A stretch of 63,795 nucleotides of DNA, counting the filler, from Collodictyon triciliatum (taxonomy: Eukaryota), in the NCBI GenBank assembly GCA_043381765.1. It is 4 parts of 4 records of this genome, joined end to end, with 100 filler letters (N's around TTAATTAATTAA, not from the genome) between each part and the next. Parts side by side here need not be neighbours in the genome. Positions count along the whole stretch, not along the records: positions 41,969 to 56,831 come from JBHJMP010001218.1; positions 56,932 to 63,795 come from JBHJMP010001225.1; 2 more parts are not named here. One strand, 5' to 3'. The notes under the pieces were generated by a model. That model did not search any database. It saw nothing but the letters and a program-made list of their open reading frames with translations, and was not told the DNA's origin. Position 1 is the first letter of the stretch. Every line of letters starts with the position of its first letter. The position numbers and the translations under genes were made by a program. This document shows positions 54,958 through 63,795 of this stretch, one piece after another.

Positions 54958-55630
54958 CTGAGGAGACTGACTTCGCCTCTAGGATAAAAATGAGCTGTGG
55001 ACGAGATAGCGGAAAAACCCAGGTTTTGTGTTTGGATTTTTTGGGTTTTGGTGGAAGAGGAAGAAAAAATGAAAAGAAAAAGAAAAAGAAAAAGAAAAAG
55101 AAAAAGAAAAAGAAAAAGAAAAAGAAAAAGAAAAAGAAAAAGAAAAAGAAAAAGAAAAAGAAAAAGAAAAAGAAAAAGAAAAGAAAAGAAAAGAAAAAGA
55201 AAAAGAAAAAGAAAATAGAAGGGAGAGAAAGTGTAATAACACGCATGCTATTCTACCCGAGGTGAATGAGCTCCAACATGATTTCTGGTTGTGTTCGAGA
55301 CTAACAGAAGAGCAGATAAAGTTGTCGGGTCGATGAAAGTACGCACATGGCAGTTAATTCTTAAATCGATTCCGACGAGTCCTTTCAACCGTATATCTCA
55401 GACAAGGTTTACATCCTATTTCATTACACAGGATGAGTCGTTTGAGGAGACAACGGGTCACTTTCCTTGCGTTTCTTGTTGGGCGACTAAGACAAAAAGT
55501 GGTACATCGTTGTTTGTCTGGAATTATCGGAAGTGGCGCTTGACCGTCCCCTGGCATCGGGAACATGCGCAGCCAGCAGTGGACTTTGCTTAACCGGAGT
55601 ATGGATACGCGTTTGTGGTTTTTAAAAACA
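54958..55630. repeat. Diverged direct repeat, copy B, with internal (AAAAAG)n expansion
   Basis: Colinear with 52290-52820; an A-rich stretch has expanded into a hexanucleotide array at about 55072-55215. Confidence 0.92.
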
Positions 55631-56199
55631 TTAAATTCCAGTACTGATTTTGCTTCTCTCAACTTGACGATACAGAAGCCTTTTGCTCTATCCCAGCAAA
55701 GTTGGCCCGTAACAGCATGTAGTTGGGTAGACTCGCACATTTCACAGTTTTCATACAGAANNNNNNNNNNNNNNNNNNNNNNNNNNNNNNNNNNNNNNNN
55801 NNNNNNNNNNNNNNNNNNNNNNNNNNNNNNNNNNNNNNNNNNNNNNNNNNNNNNNNNNNNNNNNNNNNNNNNNNNNNNNNNNNNNNNNNNNNNNNNNNNN
55901 NNNNNNNNNNNNNNNNNNNNNNNNNNNNNNNNNNNNNNNNNNNNNNNNNNNNNNNNNNNNNNNNNNNNNNNNNNNNNNNNNNNNNNNNNNNNNNNNNNNN
56001 NNNNNNNNNNNNNNNNNNNNNNNNNNNNNNNNNNNNNNNNNNNNNNNNNNNNNNNNNNNNNNNNNNNNNNNNNNNNNNNNNNNNNNNNNNNNNNNNNNNN
56101 NNNNNNNNNNNNNNNNNNNNNNNNNNNNNNNNNNNNNNNNNNNNNNNNNNNNNNNNNNNNNNNNNNNNNNNNNNNNNNNNNNNNNNNNNNNNNNNNNNN

Positions 56200-56395
56200 A
56201 ACCAGGCTTGTCCATTTGCTATCCGATTGTGGACCGAAGATGATACCAAGATACTTGAGTGGATGTGACGGTGGCTTCCACACAATGTTTCTGGAAGCAT
56301 AAGTCCATCCTGAAACCCAAAAAGAATTCCATCTGTCTTGTCATAGTTGATTTTTCCGCCGACAGCTCGTGTGTATTCTTGCATGCATTTGTTGG
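56200..56395 (-). mobile_element. Non-LTR (L1/Tx1-like) reverse transcriptase fragment, frameshifted, 5'-truncated
   Basis: EYTRAVGGKINYDKTDGILFG, then in a shifted frame IVWKPPSHPLKYLGIIFG...KW. These correspond to RT domain 6/7 motifs G.kIN..Kt and KYLG. Confidence 0.8.
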
Positions 56396-56799
56396 TGAGT
56401 GTGGCGCCTTCGGGAGACTTCAGATTTTTTTTATCTTTATTTTTATTCTATCTTTTTCTTTATTCATCCTTTCAATTTTGTGCAAGACAGCGGGAGTGTT
56501 GGCCTTGGTTCGCCAGCCATCGGTAACTGCACGAGATGAGCATGTCCCGAGCAAGAGCCTACATAATCCTTTTTTTTTTTTTCTTCCTCCATCCCTCGCC
56601 CGGGTAGAACACTTTAAGAACTACAACGCTAATAGCCTGAACACCCCACGGACACAAACATATCAAGTTGCAATTGTGTTTCCTTCCTTTCAAATTGTAA
56701 GGCACCAGGATATCAGCCGCGAATGTGCACGTACAAAATCACACATCAAATCGCATCACACCAATTGAGCCACATAAGTCACATCCAATAATGACAGAC

Positions 56800-56831
<32 letters not shown>

Positions 56832-57924
56832 NNNNNNNNNNNNNNNNNNNNNNNNNNNNNNNNNNNNNNNNNNNNTTAATTAATTAANNNNNNNNNNNNN
56901 NNNNNNNNNNNNNNNNNNNNNNNNNNNNNNNTTTTTCTTTTTCTTTTTCTTTTTCTTTTTCTTTTTCTTTTTCTTTTTCTTTTTCTTTTTCTTTTTCTTT
57001 TTCTTTTTCTTTTTCTTTTTCTTTTTCTTTCTCCTTTCTCCTTTCTCCTTTCTTGTTCTTTTTTTTACTCTCCTCGCTCTCCTCATACAGGCCTGAGCAG
57101 AGGGACTCTCCGTTTCATGGAGCGCAGGAGCACAAGCGACAAGAAACGTGCCCAGGGCACCCGCGCGCCTTCACCGAGCAGCCGGGGCCGAAGCAGCCTC
57201 CGTCCCTCCCTCGCTCTCCGGATTCTTCGCCGATGGCTCGGCGCAGTCTTCGATCGGTGCGTGGCTGAGGTTGTGGGCGAGCATGAGAACAAAAGCCGGA
57301 TTTTTTTTGGGAATGAGGTGTCCACAAATGGATGGAGCCCACATTAAATACGGTACTATGCTTCGCATATGTTATATTTGTGGAAAATATATTAGAAATT
57401 GACTAATTCTAGACAGTAACCGAGAATGGTGAGTTTAATCAGAAATCAAGACATAAAGTGATGTAATAATTAATTGTAATGGAGATCAGCTTGCATTTTT
57501 AGATGGCAGTCGCTACATCGAGTATTCTAAATCAATCGCTTTCCTTTTCCTCTTCGCCCTAGTATAACCTCCCTCTGCAACAGTATCAGGTTTTCACGCA
57601 GACATCCAAAACCATCGACTAACCGCTTCTTTTCAAGGGTCAACATCATGATTCTGCACTTTGCTTTTCATGAAAGCGAGTTGTTCACCGTGCCGTCTGT
57701 TATAGACTTACGATGGAATAATAATTGCAAGCTAATCGAAAGACGGAATACGAAAAAAAAAAAAAAAGAAATTGAAATAGAGAAAAGGAGCAAAGTGCGG
57801 CATCAGCTACGGAAAAATCGAACCCTCCCGAAAATGCCAAAAGAAAGAACCAAGCATGAGAAAAAAAGAGGGTCATTGGATTTCGGTGGGAAGCCTGAAT
57901 CAATACTTTTATTTTTAAGAAAGC

Positions 57925-57925
<1 letters not shown>

Positions 57926-58014
<89 letters not shown>
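57926..58014. repeat. (GT)n microsatellite
   Basis: Dinucleotide array. Confidence 0.95.
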
Positions 58015-58016
<2 letters not shown>

Positions 58017-58192
58017 AATTGGAAGTAATGTTCATCAAATTGTATCAGACGGAATGGTGAAGGTGAGGCAAAGGTGAACCAGACGACAATGGCGACATAT
58101 ATGGATAAGTCAGAGAAGGAATGAAATTTGATTCAGACTTTGGTAAGGAAATATGAAAGGGGACGTTTTCCAGTAACCTAGATTCGTACTTG

Positions 58193-61100
58193 TTATGTGG
58201 TATCCAGCACTGACTTTGATGGTTTTTTCGAGAATCGTGTCCTGACAGTAACAAAGATGTCCACATCAGCATGGTTAGCGATTGCGCAATTTTGCGCGAC
58301 CTTGTCAATTATTTCAAACTCAATAGAGGGATGGAACGCTTGTGAGGATATAAGTCTAGATAGTATCATGGCCACTTCATGGTAGATATCAGAATTATCA
58401 AGAGTGAACGACAGCCTCAAAATTATGTGGAGAAAGTCACTGTTTTGTAATTGCTTCGAGAGACCTTCAACTAGTGGATTCTTATCAATCTCTTTTGATT
58501 TTAAGGCGTCGCACAGCGTGAGCACAAGCGACAGAAATCTTTGAGTTTTTGATGCCAACAGATTGAATCGAGCTTGCGCTGTCCCGGCCGATCGTTGAGA
58601 TATGGATGGAATTGATGACAGCTGTTGCAACAAGAGCCACCCATAGCGGCGACACACGTGAATAATATTTGTGTTTTCTTGGATAACAAAGTTCAGGCCG
58701 AGGTCAGTCCGTATGAAGGAGCGAAGGCACGACCAAGACAGCGTAGAAATAATAAACGAATGATGGGACAAGAGGGACATAAGAACGGGCAAAATATCAG
58801 GTTCAGTTTGAACAAACCATTCCGTGTCGCCATGGAGGGTAGCATTGTAGAGCCCTATCATCGCTGCTTCAGTGTGATAATGACTTTGACTCAAAGTTAG
58901 ACAATAACCATACGTTTTGACAAATCGACCTTGATGCAGGTCCAGCATGTCTTTTGATTGAGAAAAATGTGCAGACAAGTAGAGTGCGTAGTATCTAACA
59001 ATCATCTGGATACCAGGAAGGCTCATTTCTGGTCGGTCTGGATAAGGATTCTTGGCATATATGGTCCTCAGGGTGAATGTCCATAGGTCAGGGTATTTCG
59101 CCAGTGTTTCTGTCCAATAGTCATTGGTAATTGAATACACAGCAGGATTGTGCAGGAGGTTTCTGATAGTACGAGACAATGAACCCAACAATATTAGTGC
59201 AAGGGGATTTACTGGTGCCATTTGGATTAAGACTGGAACGATGAAGCGGGACGAAAATATGGCAGCCAAGAATTTCTGAAAGCTTTCTGATCGTAAAATA
59301 AACCATGATGGCTGTGTCTCGGGAAAATAGCACAGAAGTAGGTCATCGAAAGCGTCTTTTGTAATTGACAGCTCAATCACTATATCATCGATATGTGGCG
59401 TGTCTTCACTCAATTTTGAAAATATGTCAGAGACCAGAGATACAAATAGGGGGGCTCCAATGACCTTTTTGATTCTTGCTATTCTTGACGAATGTTCTGA
59501 TTCATCATCGCTATTAACTTCAATCAAGGACCCTATCGCATAAATGATTCCAGCCGAGTAGTACATATGTAAGTGAAGCTCCATTAAATTCAGCATTGGG
59601 ACACATCCAAGGGGGTATAGCCTCAGACAATCTTCAAATGCAGTTCTGCTTAATTGGGTTTGACCAAGTTGAGAATATGCACATCCAAGCTCGATAAACA
59701 TATCTGCATTATCAAAGTTGTAGCCAATAAACTTCTCGATTAATTCGATGGATCGTTGTAAGTAATGTTGCCTCATCGTCTCGGCCTCAAACGAATATGT
59801 CACCAAATTAGACTTTGATTGAACGGTAACGGATTCGATTTTTTCAATCCATGGGAAAGATGTCCATTTTGTATCTGGTACAATCTCACAAACATCTTCT
59901 GGCGAATCCAAGTGACAGCTTTGAAAAGCATCATTGCTCAAGCGGATGCCTAAGTGATCCAGCAAACGCAAAAAAACGATATGTATGTTGATGCTGTGTA
60001 TGTAATCGTCATCACCCACAAGAGATAGACCGCAGCATTGTGGATACTTTGTTTTCAATCTGCTCAACCAAGTCGATGAATCTATTTGGAATCCGAAAAT
60101 AGAGACCAAAAACTCGAAGATACGGGCTTTAATTTTGAAAGCAGATTGAGTAGACTTTGATCGAAGAATTTTCCTGCCCTCATCTTTCATGGTTCGGCTC
60201 AGCATTTCGCTGGCAAATAAGCACTTCCACTTTTCGATGTTGCTTATGGTGGTTGCTGAAAGCATCTGGAATATTCTGCCCATGAAACGCAAGTTTATCC
60301 CGTACTGGTGCAAATATACTGATATCGGTTTTTGAGGTTCGGCTGGGAGATGATTGAGAAATCTGGAACAATGCTCATTCAAAAGGAAATAAGTTGCTCG
60401 CTGAATGGATGCTGCTGATATTAATCTCTCATGAGTAAACGGATTCTTTGAGTTTGATTCGTCGCTCTCACAACAGACGGGTTCTGGATATAGGCGAAGA
60501 AATTCATGCCTGAAAACACATGAATTTCTTACTTCCGTTCGGAAACGAGGATGTGTAAAAGTTTGGTCAATTATCGTCGGCGATATTGATGGAAACATGC
60601 TTTGTGACTCGTAAAGGTAAATCCTTTGATCAGATGATCTGTTCATTAAAGAGGTTATGCTCGATTACTGCTTTTTTTTTTCCATTAAAAACAAAAGAGT
60701 GAGCAAAATTATTTTATCTTTATGAAAAACGAATGAGGTTTGTGAGTACTCGAAATTAAAGTACTATACAAGTGTTATATGAATTTGTAATATTACTTGA
60801 ATGCCTTCATTCCTGAGTGACCATAGCACCATTTTTGTTGATTTAAAGAACCTTGGACATTACAGCGCTGAAAAAGGGATTGGATATAGTGAAGTACACT
60901 GGGGTCATCTTTTGGCATGTCAGGCTTCATGCTATTGTCGTACACAAGTACACTGCTTTCATCAAATATACCCGTGTCAGCGGTGAATAAAAAACGGAAC
61001 CCCAAATAATCCACCATGATTGACAGCGGGGCAAATATCCCCTTCTTTGGGAGATAGCAGGGTTCAGGTGTATTTTCAAATACCGATTCTTCCTTCCAAG

Positions 61101-63654
61101 TACACCTCATAAAATTTTCGATCGATATGAAGGAACGGAATTCGTTGGAAAAGTGTTGTTTCGCTATTTCTTCGTCCTCGTACTTTGAGCACCCTTTCTT
61201 GGATATCTGCAGGTTTTATGTTTGAATTTTATCTTTTTAAACATTTAAGATAAAGATAAAGATAAAGATAAAGATAAAGATAAAGATAAAGATAAAGATA
61301 AAGATAAAGATAAAGATAAAGATAAAGATAAAGATAAAGATAAAGATAAAGATAAAGATAAGGCAGCATAATTTCATTAAAAAGGGTAATAATCACATGT
61401 GTGAATCATTCACTCCAAAATAAAAAAGAACCTGAAAAATTATCTTGTTTGCGCGATACAAATTTTTACGAATAGTATGTTCGTGTCTCAAGAGTGGGGA
61501 TGTATATCGATTGAGCTCCTGGGGTTGCTTTAGGTAACGGCTAGCAACAGCTACGCATAGTTTCTCAAAGTTTTGCAGCAAGGACTGAATTTGTTGTAGA
61601 GCTCCTCTCATTTCCGTAAATTCTGATGTTTTATGACATATTTCGTAATAAGTCTCTCTCAATTCTTGATATTCCCAGTTCCAGTCGCGATTTGCATGAA
61701 AAATGAAAGACTCAACCCACGAAAAGCACTCCTCCTTGGGCACTAGAACATAATGAATAGCAGATCTCGTTTCATTCAACTTTCGATTCGCAAAGCCCAC
61801 ACTTGTAGAATGGAGCCAGCTGGTCACCTGCAGAAGCGAATATGACTTAACATCAAAAACAGGGACCGACGCAGGACCATTCCAAGCATGTGTCCCATCT
61901 TCGTTTGTCATGAACAAAGCGCTTTCCTCCACTTCTTCACACCATTTGATTTGGTGGTGTGGAATATGAATATAGCTTGTGCAAAATCCAGAGTCTTTAC
62001 AAAGACTGGCATTGAAAGGTTCCCAGGTTGGGTATACAATAGACTTATTGAATGGAAGCCACACCAAGCCAGACTTTCTTCCGATGCTTTTTTCGTCCGT
62101 TTTCCATGATGAGCGCGCGCCGCCATTTTGCAAAGAATTGGACGTGCCTTGTAAATACGTATCGCTTTCTTCGTCTAAATCCACCATAGAATGCCGTCTT
62201 CTTGTAAATATAGAGGATGAGGCAGGTGTATTTATTGTCCATACTGGAATATCAACCAAATCAACCGGTAGATCATTTAGGTGGTGCTCCTTTCTCGGCT
62301 GTAATTTTAATGTGGCATGTATGACTGGCGCGGTAGTTATACCCAAAGTTGACTTCCATTGCACTGGGCGAACAGGTAGAAATTGAGGGTGCGTTTTTGG
62401 ATAATTCAGAGGAGGTGGTGGAGGAGGCGATTGATGACTGGTACCAGGAGATGACGAAGGGGAAGATGAAGATGATAGGCTGGTCGATAATAAAGACGAG
62501 GTAGTAATTGCTGACAATGCCATGGATTGAGTTCTCTTTGCTGGAGCAGACCGGCTGGAATTTCGTGATCGACCCAGAGGTTGTGTGTTGGTAGGATTAG
62601 AGGTATTGCATGGAATCCATTCTGAATACCATAAAGGGTCATCCCATCGGAGGTCTAAGAGCAATTCTTCCACTTGTGGTGCCTTTAAGGGATTGTGACA
62701 GCGTTGATTGTGAAATAAAGTTAGGAGGCATCTGTGCCACAAAAGCTGATTATCGTCGGGATAAAAGTAACAATCAAACATATTGGATATGCTGATTTGC
62801 GAGGGAGGCGGACTTAAATCATTTGAAGCTGGATGGGTCGTGACCGACGATAGAGTTGTTGATGACGAGGGCACTAAAGTGGTAGCTATCGCAGAAGGGT
62901 TAGGATTTTGTGCCTTTTTTACTCTGTCTGGAGATTGATCAGTGCCGACATGTCCGTATAATGGGCTTTGTGTATGGTTGGTATGCCCAGGAAAATCATT
63001 TGTCGTGGTAGTATTAGCGCGCCATCCGGAATGATTCATATTTGGCGTGGATATAGGAGTGAAGATGTTTTCAGGAGTGATGTTTAGATTTGTTTGAGAG
63101 TGAGAGGGTGAGAGTGGTGACTCTCGACGTTCTGATTCAGTAAATATGCGAAGCTGAAAACAAAGCTGCGAAGATGAGGAGTTCAGTTGGCCCAAGGAAA
63201 CCGTGTGGATCTTTGTGATATTCCATTGACCTTTGGGCAAGGAAGATGCTATGGGCTTTTGCGCATAGTAAATAATTCGGTTAGCATAGAGCAGAGCGTA
63301 ACGTCGGCGCCATGTCTTGAAGAACCGGCCACGCTTTGTGATCCACCCCTCTAAAATCACAGTGTTGCAGTTCCCAACATGCTGCCATGACTCGTCCCCA
63401 GTTGAATATGTGCTTAATTGAGGCCTATCGCCCTGTGATGACCTGGACTTTTCGAGATTGGGGAAGTGGTAACCAGCGTGTGAGGCTTGGGATGAGTCAT
63501 ATGACCCTTGTTTTCTTTCTTTGCTACCGCTTCCTTCTTCAGTTTCGTCGTCGTTTGTGCTTGCAAGATCGGTTCTCACTTCACTTTCCGTTTCGTAAGG
63601 ACGCTCGAAATATACTATACTGCCGTCTGAAGAAACCAAAGGCTGCCGATTCAT
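58193..63654 (-). CDS. Large PH + Clu-domain + TPR/ARM-like protein (3 exons: about 63654-61432, 61206-60798, 60659-58193)
   Basis: PH: LEGWITKRGRFFKTWRRRYALL. Clu motifs: RDWNWEYQEL, DEEIAKQHFSNEFR, PLSIMVDYLGFRF, DQRIYL, LHQYGINLRFMG, EMLSRTMK. TPR: ADMFIELGCAYSQLGQ...AFEDCLRLYP. Helical C-terminus. Confidence 0.88.
61247..61362. repeat. (AAGATA)n microsatellite, intronic
   Basis: Hexanucleotide array. Confidence 0.95.
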
Positions 63655-63747
63655 TCTACTATTAGAGAGGAAGATATGTAGCCCGGTTACTTGATTTCTA
63701 CTTATCCCACTTGTTAAGCTTTTTTTGTTTTTTTTTTTTTTTTTTTT

Positions 63748-63795
<48 letters not shown>

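Overview
Eukaryotic genomic DNA, probably a flagellated heterotrophic protist (SPATA4/SPEF1-like gene present). It is AT-rich, uses the standard code, has very dense GT-AG introns and many microsatellites. It comprises four contig segments joined by N-TTAATTAATTAA-N linkers (about 20.9, 41.9 and 56.9 kb), plus two sized gaps. Genes reconstructed by eye across introns, in order: an LRR gene 5' end; a secreted penicillin/GL-7-ACA-acylase-family Ntn hydrolase (about 35 exons); a calcineurin-like metallophosphoesterase; a claudin/amastin-like membrane protein; a PlsC/DGAT2-like acyltransferase; tRNA-Thr(UGU); a 2OG-Fe(II) oxygenase; a SPATA4/SPEF1-like CH protein; a Q/P-rich C2 protein; proteasome RPN2; a roughly 40-exon gene fusing a long LRR array to an Alr1/CorA-type channel with SMN instead of GMN; an intronless internally duplicated multipass membrane protein; a second LRR gene; an intronless O-methyltransferase between diverged direct repeats and LINE relics; and a PH-Clu-TPR/ARM protein. 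The two most striking observations are the LRR-CorA fusion, whose repeats are mostly one per exon, and a family of ultra-short intronic insertions (CTTTGAATCGAATAAAGG plus poly-A, 27-39 nt) flanked by perfect 11-17 bp target-site duplications. Exon coordinates are manual and may be off by a few bases. No database searches were run.
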